A DNA stretch of 64,000 nucleotides from an uncultured delta proteobacterium (GTDB taxonomy: Bacteria; Myxococcota; Myxococcia; Myxococcales; Myxococcaceae), in contig CAVYSY010000054.1 in the NCBI GenBank assembly GCA_963771175.1, positions 96,001 through 160,000 on the forward strand, written 5' to 3'. The position numbers and the translations under genes are program-made. The notes below the pieces were generated by a model that saw only the letters and a list, made by a program, of their open reading frames with translations, ran no database searches and was not told the DNA's origin. Below are positions 39,704 to 52,207 of this stretch, in pieces. The first letter of the stretch is position 1. Each line of letters starts with the position of its first letter.

Positions 39704-42160
39704 TCAGGCGGGCTCGAACGGCAGCTCGACGATGAAGAGGGCTCCGGCTCCCGGCTGGCTCTCGACGTGGATGTCGCCCCCGAGCGCTTGGACGATGGCT
39801 CGGGAGATGTAGAGGCCCAGCCCCAACCCGCCGTACTGGCGGGTGGAGACCGCCCGCTCGAAACGCCCGAAGATGCGCTCGCGGTCCTTGGCGGCGATTC
39901 CGATGCCATGGTCCCGGATGCTCCAGCGCGCCCGCCCTCCGGATGAGCCGACGTGCAGCTCCACCGGTTTGCCCATGCCATACTTCAGCGCGTTGGTCGT
40001 GAGGTTGGTGAGGACCTGATCCAGGCGTGTCCGGTCCCAGTGCCCGACGGTGGGCCCCTCGTTGGTGACGAGGAGCTGGCAGCCGGCGGTGCTGGCCTGC
40101 TCGGAGAAGCGCTCGATCAGCTCCCGCGTCAGCTCCACCAGGTCCACCTCCTCCAGTTGCAGGCGGAGCCGGCCGGCGGTGAGGCGGGAGACATCGAGCA
40201 GGTCATCGACGAGCTGGGACAGGCGCTTCACCTGTCCGAGCGCCTTGTCCACCTTCGGGATCAGGTGGGTGGCGGCTCCTCCCTCGCGGGTGGCGGCCAG
40301 CGCGCGCTGGAGCGTCTGCAGGTGCAGGGACAGGGGCGTGAGGGGGGTGTGTAGCTCGTGGGAGGCCACGGAGAGGAACTCCTCTCGCAGGCGTACCGCC
40401 TCCTGGGACTGGCGGTAGAGCCGGGCGTTGTCCATGGCGACCGAGGCGCGTCGGGCGAGTTCCTCGGCGAGCGCCAGCTCGAGTGGGCCGTACTGGAAGC
40501 CCGGCGCGCCCGAGACTAGCAGCAGGGCCGCCAGCGTCTGCCCCGCACGGTGATGGGGAGGGCGATGGCGGTCCTCGTTCCGAGTCGTTGCAGCAACTCC
40601 GGGTACTCCGCATCGGAGTTATCGGTGTGGAACAGCGCCTGGGTGGCCTCGTCCCCGAGGAGTGGTCTGCCGGTGCTCAGCACGCGCGCGGTGGGCTGGA
40701 GCATGTTCCAACTCGGAGGGGGGTGCTTCGCCAGCTCGCGGAGCAGCTCCTGCCGGGCCGGGTCCTGGTGCACCTCGGCCGCGCGGTGGAGCAGGCCCTC
40801 GTCATCCACCCTGTCGATGACACACCACTGGCCGAGCCGGGGAATGGCCAGCCGTGCCACGCGCTCCAGGGTGCCCTTCTCGTCGAGCAGCTCCGCCAGT
40901 TGCTCGCTGACGTGGATGAGGAAACGCTGGGCGTCCTCGGCGCGCTGGCGCGCGGTGATGTCCACGAACGTCGTGACGAGGCCAATCCGCTTGCCTCCCT
41001 GGCGAATGGGGTAGGCCCAGCGCTCTGCCGGGAAGCTCGTGCCGTCCTTGCGCCAGATGACATCCCCCACGTTGTGGTGCTCGGCGCCGGTGTGCAGCGC
41101 CTGGAGGACGGGGCACTCGCTCCGGGGGAAGGGCGTGCCATCCGCATGGGAGTGGTGCCACTGCGTGTGCGCATCCTTGCCCAGCAGCTCGCTCGCGTCC
41201 TCGTAGCCGAGCATCTGGAGGGCGGAGCGGTTGACGAAGGTGCTGAGCCCGTCGAGGTTCACTCCGGTGATGCCCTCCGCGGTCGAGTCGAGCAGCAGTC
41301 GGATGCGGGACTCGCTCTCCTCGAGCTGGGTCTGGGTCGCGCAGAGGCGCTCGCCCATCTCGTCGAAGGCGCGCCCTACCACGGCGAGCTCGTCGTTCCC
41401 GGTGAGCCCACTGCGCGCGTCCCAGTCACGCGCGGCGAAGCGGCGGGCGGTGGTGACCAGCCGGTCCACCCGGCGGGTGAGGACGAAGTGGAAGAAGAGC
41501 CAGAGCAGCCCCGCGAGCACCGTGAGCAGGCCACTGCGCCGCAGCATGATCGCCCACGCCTGCGCCCGTGCCCGCGCCTTGAGGGCGGTGAGGTCCCGCT
41601 CGACGGTGAGCAGCCAGACCGTCGGGGGGGTGAGCTGCCCGGGGGTCGTCGGGCCCATCACCGGGTACCAGGCCACGATGGCCCGGTGGTCCGGGGTGAC
41701 CTGGACGCTCGAGACGAGGTCCTCGCGGACCCGACGCAACCGCTGCTCCGCCTCACCGGGGAACAGCTCGGGGTGGAGCTACCCGGGCCTGCCTCCCTAT
41801 CTCCACGCGCCGGAGCGAGGCGAACACCTGTCCGGTGTCGTCGATGAGCAGCGCCTTCTTCACGTGCGTATCCGCACCGAGGCCGGCGACCTCCTCCTGG
41901 ACCCGCTCGGGCTCGCGCAGCCACAGGAGGATCTCCAGGTGGTCCTGTTTCTCGCCCATGAGTTGGGTGAGCGCCTGGATGGAGTCCTCCTCCACACGGC
42001 GGGAGGCGAGGCGCGAGTTCTGCTGCAGGTCGAGGAAGCCCACCGTGACCGCGAAGGCCAGCAACACCAGCGGGATGGTGATGCGCAGCGGGGGGAGCGG
42101 GGGCAGCCTGGGCGGGTTCCCCGGCTGGTTCCCGGCGCCGCTGCTCCGGGGATGTTTCAT
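39704..42160 (-). CDS. Membrane sensor kinase TM-HAMP-PAS-GAF-HisKA-HATPase (frameshifts about 41770, 40520)
   Basis: DELAVVGRAF HAMP, RKDGTSFP/DITAR PAS, SHELHTPL, NALKY, GLGLGLYI. Confidence 0.88.
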
Positions 42161-43126
42161 TCACCGGCTCTCCTGGAGCGCCTCGAGGGGGCGCGCGTCC
42201 AGCATCCGCTCGGATTGCACCGGCTTTTGCATCAGCCCCTCCTTCAGCATGAAACGCTGGAGTTGCCGCGCCAACCCGATGAGAGGCGAGGAGGGCCCCC
42301 GTAGCATGATGAGATTCTCCTCCAGGGTGGTCAGCCTCAGCTTCTCCAACATGGAGGCGAACTCGGAGGGGCTCGTGCCGAGGCGAGGGCTCATCCGGGC
42401 CACCGCATCGGCCGGGTGCTCGTCCAGATAGCGCCGGGCCTGGAACCATCCCTGGAGCAGGTTCTCCACCTGCTCGGGGTTCTTCTCGAGGACTTCCTCG
42501 CGCACCACCAGCATGTCCACGATCTCTCCGGGGAGCTGGCTGCTGTCGAAGAGCTCATGGGCTCCCGCGGCGCGCAGCTCGTCCACGAAGGGCTCGTAGG
42601 TGACCACGGCATCCACCTGTCCAGACTCATAGGCGCGCAGTTGCTGGTCGACGGGGGTCCGGACGATCTGGATGTCCGAGGGCTGGAGCCCCGCCAGCTC
42701 CAGGGCCCGGCCGAGCACGTAGATGCTCACCACCAGGTCTTCCACCGCCACCCGCTTGCCCCGGAGATCCTCCAGCCGCCGCACCTCCGGACGCGCGACG
42801 ATGGCATCCGCGCCTTGCGAATAGTCGACGATGAGCACCACCCGTGGCTCGAGGCCCTGTTGCTGGAGCTGGAGGGCGATATCGAACGTGACGAACACCG
42901 CATCGAGCATCCCATTGCGGAACTCGCGGCTGGCCCTGCCCAGGGTGGTGTACTCCACCAGGCGGATCGAGCCGTCGTCGATGTAGCCGAGGTCCCGCGC
43001 GAGGAAGATGGGCTCGCTTCCCGGCCAGAGGAGGGTGCCAACGCGCAGGGGCTCCTTCTCCTCCTGAAGGCAGGCCGGTATGGCGAGGAGCAGGAGCAGA
43101 CTGAACACCCGGGTGAGCTTTTGCAC
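42161..43126 (-). CDS. SsuA/NMT1-like substrate-binding lipoprotein
   Basis: IPAC lipobox, WPG, DYSQGADAI, LRGKRVA, DAVVTYEP; abuts kinase start. Confidence 0.88.
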   Translation of the reverse strand: MQKLTRVFSLLLLLAIPACLQEEKEPLRVGTLLWPGSEPIFLARDLGYIDDGSIRLVEYTTLGRASREFRNGMLDAVFVTFDIALQLQQQGLEPRVVLIVDYSQGADAIVARPEVRRLEDLRGKRVAVEDLVVSIYVLGRALELAGLQPSDIQIVRTPVDQQLRAYESGQVDAVVTYEPFVDELRAAGAHELFDSSQLPGEIVDMLVVREEVLEKNPEQVENLLQGWFQARRYLDEHPADAVARMSPRLGTSPSEFASMLEKLRLTTLEENLIMLRGPSSPLIGLARQLQRFMLKEGLMQKPVQSERMLDARPLEALQESR

Positions 43127-43264
43127 GGACCGTCTTCCTGTGGCGCCTCATCGAACGCTTGGGACGTGGCGGGGCGACAGCAAGCCGGAGCGGGCGCTTC
43201 GGGAAGCGGTATCCTGGACGGATGCTCCCGGTTTACGCTGCCGCGCGTGGCGCGCACCCTTCTC

Positions 43265-43704
43265 ATGCTCGAGGAGTTCCTCCCCTACCGGCTCTCGCTC
43301 GCGTCGAACGCGGTGAGCCAGGTGATCGCCCAGGCCTACGAGGATCGCTTCGACCTGAAGATGGTCGAGTGGCGCGTGCTCTCGGTGCTCGCCGAGGCCG
43401 GTGAGTCGACCCAGCAGACGCTCGTCGGGCTGACGAAGATGGACAAGGTCTCGGTCAGCCGCGCCGCGCAGGCGCTCGAGAAGAAGAAGCTGCTCCGCCG
43501 CCGCACGAGCGACAAGGACGCCCGCTCGCTCCACCTCTCGCTCACCGCCGAAGGGCTGGTCGCTCTACGAGCGGGTGGTCCCCGCGGCGCGCGCGCTCGA
43601 GCACGAGGTGCTCGAGGGCCTCGGCGTCGAAGGAAATCGCCGAGCTCAAGGCCGTGCTCCGCAAGCTCGAGGCGGCCGCCGAGCGGGTGCTCTCCCGCCG
43701 CTGA
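43265..43704 (+). CDS. MarR-family regulator (indels)
   Basis: FLPYRLS, EWRVL, MDKVSVSRA, DARS..LSLT.EG. Confidence 0.9.
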
Positions 43705-43756
43705 TCGTTCGCGGCCGTACACCGCCCGTCCGCGCCGCACCGCGGCGTTGCGGAAT

Positions 43757-43798
43757 TGGTTACGAAAGTTACCATCGCTTTGGTAACAATCGTTACCA
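43757..43798. promoter_or_regulatory. Tandem operator upstream of hppD
   Basis: TGGTTAC-GAAA-GTTACCA and TGGTAAC-AATC-GTTACCA. Confidence 0.75.
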
Positions 43799-43845
43799 TC
43801 GTTCGCCAAGCGGCGCTCACGCAGCGCCCGAAGGAGTCGCCGTCA

Positions 43846-44939
43846 ATGAGCACCGCGGAGCAGAACCCGCTCGGGTTGGACGGTTTCGAGTTCGTCGAGT
43901 TCACCTCGCCCCGAGCCGGAGAAGATGATCGACCTGTTCGAGCGGCTCGGCTTCACCGCCTACGCGATGCACCCGACGAAGGACGTCGTCCGCTTCAAGC
44001 AGGGCGGCATCAACCTGCTGGTGAACCGCGAGCCGACCGGGCCAGGCGGCCGAGTTCCGCAAGGCTGCACGGGCCCTCGGCCAACGGCATGGCGTTCCGC
44101 GTCGCCGACGCCGAAGAAGGCCTACGAGCTGCGCGCTCGAGCGCGGCGCGCAGGCCGGTCGGACCCGAAGCGGGCGCGCTCGGCGACAGCTACGCGATCG
44201 CAGGGCATCGGCGGCAGCCTGCTCTATCTCGTCGACCGTACGGCGCGAAGGGCTCGCTCTACGACGGCTGGGACGCAGATCCCGGGCGCGGACGAGGCGG
44301 AGGCGAAGAACTCGGTCGGCCTCGACCTGCTCGACCACCTCACCCACAACGTCCGCCGCGGCCAGATGCGCACCTGGTCGAGCTTCTACAACACGCGTCT
44401 TCGGCTTCGAGGAGCAGAAGTACTTCGACATCAAGGGCCAGGCGACCGGCCTGTTCTCGCAGGCGATGATCGCGCCCGACCGCGCCATCCGCATCCCGCT
44501 CAACGAGAGCCAGGACGACAAGTCGCAGATCGAGGAGTTCCTCCGCCAGTACAACGGCGAGGGCATCCAGCACCTCGCGCTGACCACCGACGACATCTAC
44601 GCGACGGTCGAGAAGCATGCGGGCGCGCGGCGTCGATCTTCCAGGACACGATCGAGACCTACTACGAGCTGGTCGACAAGCGCGTGCCCGGCCACGGCGA
44701 GGACGTGGCGCGGATGAAGGCAGAACCGCATCCTGATCGACGGCAGCAAGGAGGAGGGCCTCCTGCTCCAGATCTTCACCGAGAACCTCTTCGGCCCGAT
44801 CTTCTTCGAGATCATCCAGCGCAAGGGCAACGAGGGCTTCGGCAACGGGAACTTCCAGGCGCTGTTCGAGTCGATCGAGCTCGATCAGATCCGCCGCGGC
44901 GTCATCAAGGTGATCGACCAAGAAGTAGCCGTCCGGTAG
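43846..44939 (+). CDS. hppD: 4-hydroxyphenylpyruvate dioxygenase (indels)
   Basis: [52 protein letters not shown]. Confidence 0.95.
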
Positions 44940-44960
44940 CGCAACTCGGGGGAGCACGCG

Positions 44961-46286
44961 ATGACCGGGTACATGCTCGGGATTCGGCAACGAGTTCGCG
45001 ACCGAGGCCGTCGCCGGCGCGCTTCCGCGAGGGACAGAACTCGCCGCAGCGGGTTCCGTACGGCCTCTACGCCGAGCAGCTCTCGGGCACGGCGTTCACC
45101 GCGCCGCGGCGCGAGAACCGGCGGAGCTGGCTCTACCGGCTCCGCCCGAGCGCGAGCCACGCCCCGTTCCGCCCGCGTCCCGGAGGGCCTGCTGCGCAGC
45201 GGGCCCGTTCACCGAGGCGCCCGCCGACGCCCGAACCGGCTGCGCTGGAGCCCGCTGCCGCTGCCCGTCCGAGCCGACCGACTTCGTCGAGGGGCTCATC
45301 ACCTTCGGCGGGAACGGCTCGCCGGCGCATCGGCGCGGGCGATCGGGCATCCACCTGTACGCTCGCCAACCGGTCGATGACCGACGCGGCGTTCTTCAAC
45401 GCCGACGGCGAGCTGCTGCTCGTGCCGCAGGCGGGGCGGCTCGCGCTCGTGCACCGAGCTCGGGCGTGCTCGGGCTCGCGCCGGGCGAGATCGGCGGTCG
45501 TCCCGCGCGGCGTGCGCTTCCGGGTCGAGCTGCTCGACGGCGCGGCGGTCGGCTACGTCTGCGAGAACTACGGCGCCGCTGTTCCGGCTGCCCGAGCTCG
45601 GGCCGATCGGCTCCAACGGGCTCGCCAACCCGCGCGACTTCCTCACGCCGGTCGCCGCGTTCGAGGACGTGGAGCGCCCGACGCGGCATCATCCAGAAGT
45701 TCCAGGGGCAGGCTCTGGGAGCACCGAGCATCGACCACTCGCCGCTCGACGTGGTCGCGTGGCACGGCAACCTCGCGCCGTACAAGTACGACCTCGCGCG
45801 CTTCAACACGATCGGCACGGTGAGCTTCGATCACCCGGATCCGTCGATCTTCACGGTGCTCACCTCGCCGAGCGACATCGCCGGGCATCGCCAACTGCGA
45901 CTTCGTCATCTTCCCGCCGCGCTGGATGGTGGCCGAGAACACCTTCCGGCCGCCCTGGTTCCACCGCAACGTGATGAGCGAGTTCATGGGCCTGGTGCAC
46001 GGGCGCGTACGACGCGAAGGCCGAGGGCTTCGCTGCCCGGCGGCGCGTCGCTGCACAACTGCATGAGCGGCCACGGCCCGGACCGGCGAGACCTACGAGC
46101 GCGCGGTCGTCCGCCGAGCTCGCGCCGCAGAAGATCACCAACACGCTCGCGTTCATGTTCGAGACCCGCTGGGTGATTTCCCCGACGCGCTTCGCGATGG
46201 AGACGCCCGCCCTGCAGCGCGACTACGACGCCTGCTGGTCGGATTTTCCGAAGGCCCGGTTGCCCATGACGGAAGGGAAGCGGTGA
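44961..46286 (+). CDS. hmgA: Homogentisate 1,2-dioxygenase (indels)
   Basis: [56 protein letters not shown]. Confidence 0.95.
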
Positions 46287-47296
46287 AGCTCGCCTCGTTG
46301 AAGTCGGGAAGGGATGGTCGGCTGGTCGTCGTGTCGGACGACCTGACCGGGTACACGGATGCCACGGCCATCGCGCCGACGCTGCAGCGTGCGCTCGACG
46401 AGTGGGACCGGTGCGGCCCGCGCCTGCGGGAGTTGTCCGACGCGCTCGAGCGTGGCCAGGCCCCGCGCCAGCCCTTCGTCGAGGCGGAGTGCGCCTCCCC
46501 GTTGCCTCGCGCCTACCAGTGGGCGGATGGCTCGGCGTACGTGAACCACGTCGCGCTGGTCCGCAAGGCCCGCAAGGCGGAGATGCCCGAGAGCTTCTGG
46601 ACCGACCCGCTCATGTACCAGGGCGGCTCCGACATCTTCCTCGCGCCGCACGAGCCCATCCCCCTCGCGGACGAGGCCTGGGGCTGTGACCTGGAAGGCG
46701 AGGTCGCGGTCATCACCGGAGACGTGCGCCAGGGCGCCACGCGCGAGGAGGCGCTGGCGGCGATCCGGCTCGTGCTGCTGGTGAACGACGTGTCGCTGCG
46801 CAACCTCATCCCCGGGGAGCTCGCGAAGGGGTTCGGGTTCTTCCAATCCAAGCCCTCCTCCGCCTTCTCTCCAGTGGCGGTGACGCCGGAGTCGCTCGGC
46901 GGCGCGTGGCGCGAGGGCAAGCTGCACCTGCCCCTGCGCGTGTCGCTGAATGGAGAGCCCTTCGGGCGGGCGAACGCGGGCGTGGACATGACCTTCGACT
47001 TCGGGACGCTCGTCGCGCACGCCGCGAAGACGCGCGACCTGGGCGCGGGCACCATCATCGGCTCCGGCACCGTGTCCAACCGTGACTCCGAGGGCGGCCC
47101 GGGCAAGCCCATCCGCGACGGCGGGCTCGGCTACTCCTGCCTCGCGGAGCTCCGCACCGTCGAGACCCTCCTGTCCGGTGCGCCGAAGACGCCCTTCCTC
47201 CGCCGCGGGGACCGGGTGCGTATCGAGATGTTCGATGAGGCGGGCCGCTCCATCTTCGGCTCCATCGAGCAGGTCGTCGCGGAGCCGCGTCGGTGA
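46283..47296 (+). CDS. Fumarylacetoacetate hydrolase family protein
   Basis: PLPRAYQWADGSAY, DLEGE, NDVSLR, FQSKP, GSGTVSN. Confidence 0.93.
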   Translation: MKLASLKSGRDGRLVVVSDDLTGYTDATAIAPTLQRALDEWDRCGPRLRELSDALERGQAPRQPFVEAECASPLPRAYQWADGSAYVNHVALVRKARKAEMPESFWTDPLMYQGGSDIFLAPHEPIPLADEAWGCDLEGEVAVITGDVRQGATREEALAAIRLVLLVNDVSLRNLIPGELAKGFGFFQSKPSSAFSPVAVTPESLGGAWREGKLHLPLRVSLNGEPFGRANAGVDMTFDFGTLVAHAAKTRDLGAGTIIGSGTVSNRDSEGGPGKPIRDGGLGYSCLAELRTVETLLSGAPKTPFLRRGDRVRIEMFDEAGRSIFGSIEQVVAEPRR

Positions 47297-47658
47297 GTGA
47301 AGGGCGCGTGCGCGTCTATGCGACGCCACCGGGGGTGACGCTCTGCACGCTCGACGCGCTCGCGTCCCCCGGGGCGCGCAACTTCGTGCTGCAGATCGAC
47401 GAGGCTTTCTTCCACGGCTTCCTGGTGCGCGAGGGCGAGCAGGTCCACGGATACGTGGACCGCTGCCCCCATCAGGGGTTGCCGCTCGCGCAGCAGCTCG
47501 ACCACTACCTGACGCCCGACGGCTCGCTCATCGCGTGCTCCTGGCACGGGGCGCTGTTCCGTCCGAACGACGGTCTGTGCGTGGGCGGCCCCTGCTCCGG
47601 ACAGCGGCTGACGCCCTGGCCGGTGACGGTCGAGAATGGCCTGGTGAAGACGGCCTGA
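47293..47658 (+). CDS. Rieske [2Fe-2S] ferredoxin
   Basis: CPH and CSWH ligands, GGPC; 4-bp overlap. Confidence 0.92.
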   Translation: MSEGRVRVYATPPGVTLCTLDALASPGARNFVLQIDEAFFHGFLVREGEQVHGYVDRCPHQGLPLAQQLDHYLTPDGSLIACSWHGALFRPNDGLCVGGPCSGQRLTPWPVTVENGLVKTA

Positions 47659-47669
47659 GCGGCGCCGGC

Positions 47670-47996
47670 TCAGCCCGGTGGGGGCTGGGCCGCGGGGGCG
47701 GGGTGACGGACGGCCCGACGCAGCTCGTCTCCTTCGAGCATCACCTCGTCCACGTAGCACCAGCCCCAGTCCTCTCCCGGCTCGAACGAGCGGATGATGG
47801 GATGGCCCGTGGCGTGGAAGTGCCTCGTCGCATGGCGGTTGGGGGACGAGTCACAGCAGCCCACATGCCCGCACTCCAGGCACAGGCGCAGGTGGACCCA
47901 CCCCGCTCCGATTCGCAGGCAGTCCTCGCACCCGTCCGTGGTGCTCGGGCGGACGTCGCGGATGGCATCCTGGTGGGTGCAGCCAGAGGTGTCCAT
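47670..47996 (-). CDS. UBP-type zinc finger protein
   Basis: GCEDC..WVHLRLCLECGHVGCCDSS..HAT.H. Confidence 0.92.
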   Translation of the reverse strand: MDTSGCTHQDAIRDVRPSTTDGCEDCLRIGAGWVHLRLCLECGHVGCCDSSPNRHATRHFHATGHPIIRSFEPGEDWGWCYVDEVMLEGDELRRAVRHPAPAAQPPPG

Positions 47997-48260
47997 GATG
48001 GCGGCTCCTTTCCGTCCTCACGGTAGGTACTCGCCTGGGGTCATGGGGAGAGGCGCAGCCCGAGCAGTGAGCGACCCGCCGGCCCTTGCTCGCCGAGCAG
48101 TGTGGCGTGCCTCATTGAGCTGTGAGGTTGAGTTTACCCACTCTGGGTGCCTGAAGACTCGGCGAGCAAGCCCGAAACGGGGCTCTCGCGCTCTGCGGTG
48201 CCCGCCGGGTTTCAGGCATACTCGTGCGATAGGGGCCCACCCGGGGAGAGCGCCCTTCGC

Positions 48261-50164
48261 ATGCCGAGTACGTCCACCAGTGTCGCGGAAGTGCGAAGAG
48301 CCGGGAGGCGGGAGTCTCCATGGTGGGGTGCATCGCGTGCGGGCGTATCGTCCTGGATGCTGGCGCGCCTGGACGCGTTCATCTCCGAGCCCCTACGCCA
48401 GTCCTCCGCCGAGGAGCTCAACCGCTGCCGGATGCTGGTGGGCGCCAACCTCATCCTGCTGCTGATGTACGTGCTGTTCCTGCTCTACGCGCCGCGGCTG
48501 CCGTCGCCCTGGTCGCTGGGCAGCATCGCCGTGGTGAGCGTGGTGGGCTTCATGGGCTCGCTGGGGATGCTGCGCCGGGCGAGCTCCTCGCGCGGCCCGG
48601 CGGTGCTGCTGTGCACCGTCTTCACGGTGGGATTCCTGGGCTTCGCGGTGAGCTCGCACGATGTGAACGCGGCCGTGCACCCCGTGTGCGTGCTGATTCC
48701 CGTGGCGTTCGTCTACCTGCTGGGAGCCAAGGGGAGCCTGCCCTTCGTCCTGGTGGTCAGCCTGTGCGTGGGCGTGCTGCTGCCGCTGTATTACGGCTTG
48801 CTGGTGGGCGACTGGCTGCGCTGCATCTTCACCGCCATCGTCCTGGTGGGGGTCTGGGCGCTGAGCTGGTTGCTGCTCGCCTCCAGGGACCAGACGAGCG
48901 CGGCGCTCGAGCGGGCGCTGCGCACGCTGCGCGACAGCGAGCGCAAGCTGATGAGCCTGCTGGAGAACACCGAGGACATCGTCTGCTCGTTGGATGCCGA
49001 GGGGCGGCTCATCGCGGCCAACCCGGCGCTCAAGGAGGCCTACTTCGAGATCATCGGGGCGCACGTGCAGGCCGGGGAGCCGCTCTTCCCGGAGGTTGCC
49101 CCCGAGTCCCTGCGTCGGCGCTGGGACGCGTGCGCCCGGCAGGTGCTCACGGGACGGCGGGTGCGCTTCGAGGCCTCGCCCTCGAAGCTGAGGCAGCCGC
49201 GGGTGCTGGACATCTCCGTCAACCCGGTCTGCGACACGGATGGCCGCGTGGTGGGGATGACCGTCTTCGGGCGGGACATCACCGACCGCAAGGACGCCGA
49301 GGCGCGGCTGGGGGAGATGCACCGCAGCCTGCTGGACGTGTCGCGCCAGGCGGGCATGGCGGAGATGGCCACCGGGGTGCTGCACAACGTGGGCAACGCG
49401 CTCAACAGCGTGAACGTGTCGGTCAACCTCCTGGCCGAGCGGCTCCAGCAGTCGCGGGTGCAGGGGCTGCGCAAGGCCACGAGCCTGCTGGCCGAGCATG
49501 CCGCCAACCTCGCCACCTTCCTCGAGGGGGATGTGCGGGGCAGGCAGCTACCGTCCTACCTCCAGGCGCTCTCGGGGCAGCTCGCCACCGAGCGCGACGA
49601 GTTGTTGGAGGAGGTGTACACGCTGCAGAAGAGCGTGGAGCACATCAAGTCCGTGGTGAGCATGCAGCAGGCGCACGCGCGCTTCTCGGGAATGGTGGAG
49701 CGGCTGGAGGTGACGCCGCTGCTCGACGACGCGCTGCGGTTGCACTCCGAGTCCTTCGCGCGCCTGGGCATCGAGGTGCGGCGCGAGTACAACGAGGTGC
49801 CCCTGGTGCGATTGGATCGGCACAAGCTGCTGCAGATTCTGCTCAACCTGCTGAGCAACGCGCGCCACGCTCTGCTGGAGAGCGGGCGGCCGGACAAACT
49901 CCTCACCATCCGGGTGGAGAGCACCGTCACCCAGCGGCTGCGCATCACCGTCGCGGATAATGGGGTAGGCATCGCGCAGGAGGACGCGCCGCGCCTGTTC
50001 ACCCAGGGCTTCACGACGAAGAAGGACGGACACGGGTTCGGTTTGCACATCAGTGCACTGGCAGCGGCGGAGATGGATGCGTTCCTCTCCTGCACGAGCG
50101 AAGGCCGCGGCCAGGGTGCTACGTTTACGATTGATCTGCCCGTCGCGGGCGAGGAGAGCAGGGC

Positions 50165-50168
<4 letters not shown>
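48261..50168 (+). CDS. Membrane PAS sensor histidine kinase (start uncertain: 48147/48261/48357)
   Basis: Multiple TM helices, [12 protein letters not shown]-box, NLLSNA, GHGFGL. Confidence 0.9.
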
Positions 50169-51517
<1,349 letters not shown>

Positions 51518-51526
51518 CGAGGGCGC

Positions 51527-52207
51527 ATGACGCTCTCCATCCGTCCCGCCAGACCCGAGGACGCGCCCGCGCTGGGCCGCATGGGCGCGGCGCTCGTCCG
51601 CCTGCACCACTCCTATGACTCCGAGCGTTTCATGACGCCCGGGGAGGACCTGGAGTCCGGCTACCGCTGGTGGCTGTCGCGGGAGCTGAAGCGGGAGGGG
51701 GCGGTGGTGCTGGTGGCCGAGCGGGACGGCGCGGTGGTGGGCTACGCGTACGCCACCGTGGAGGGGCACGACTGGAACGCGCTGCTCGACGAGCACGGCG
51801 AGCTGCATGACCTCTGGGTGGACGAGTCGGTGCGAGGCACGGGCGTGGGAGGGCTGCTCGCCGAGGAGCTGGTGCGGCGGCTCAAGGCCCAGGGCGTCCC
51901 TCGTGTCATCCTGATGGCGGCGTCGCGCAACGAGGCGGCGCGGCGGCTCTTCGAGCGGCTGGGCTGGCGCCCCACCATGGTGGAGATGACGCGCGAGGTG
52001 GACGGCTCCGACGGAGGAGTAGTCCTCGCGCTGTGCCGGGAAGTGGACGCTCCCGGGCGGTGGGTGGTGGGCGGACGACACGCTGCCCTGGAGTCGGAGA
52101 CGAGCGACCCGGGCGTGCCCGTAGCGTCCCTCGCCCCGGGCAGCCCCCGCCCGGCTCGACGCGGAGGAGCGCCTTGTCCCAACCCCTGCACCGCCGGACC
52201 CTCTTGA
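51527..52207 (+). CDS. GNAT acetyltransferase (real end may be near 52022)
   Basis: [28 protein letters not shown]; tail beyond about 52020 overlaps the phoD start. Confidence 0.85.
   Translation: MTLSIRPARPEDAPALGRMGAALVRLHHSYDSERFMTPGEDLESGYRWWLSRELKREGAVVLVAERDGAVVGYAYATVEGHDWNALLDEHGELHDLWVDESVRGTGVGGLLAEELVRRLKAQGVPRVILMAASRNEAARRLFERLGWRPTMVEMTREVDGSDGGVVLALCREVDAPGRWVVGGRHAALESETSDPGVPVASLAPGSPRPARRGGAPCPNPCTAGPS

Noticed and set aside
43846..46286. Programmed frameshifting in hppD/hmgA
   Set aside because: Too many shifts, no slippery sites; sequencing error is simpler
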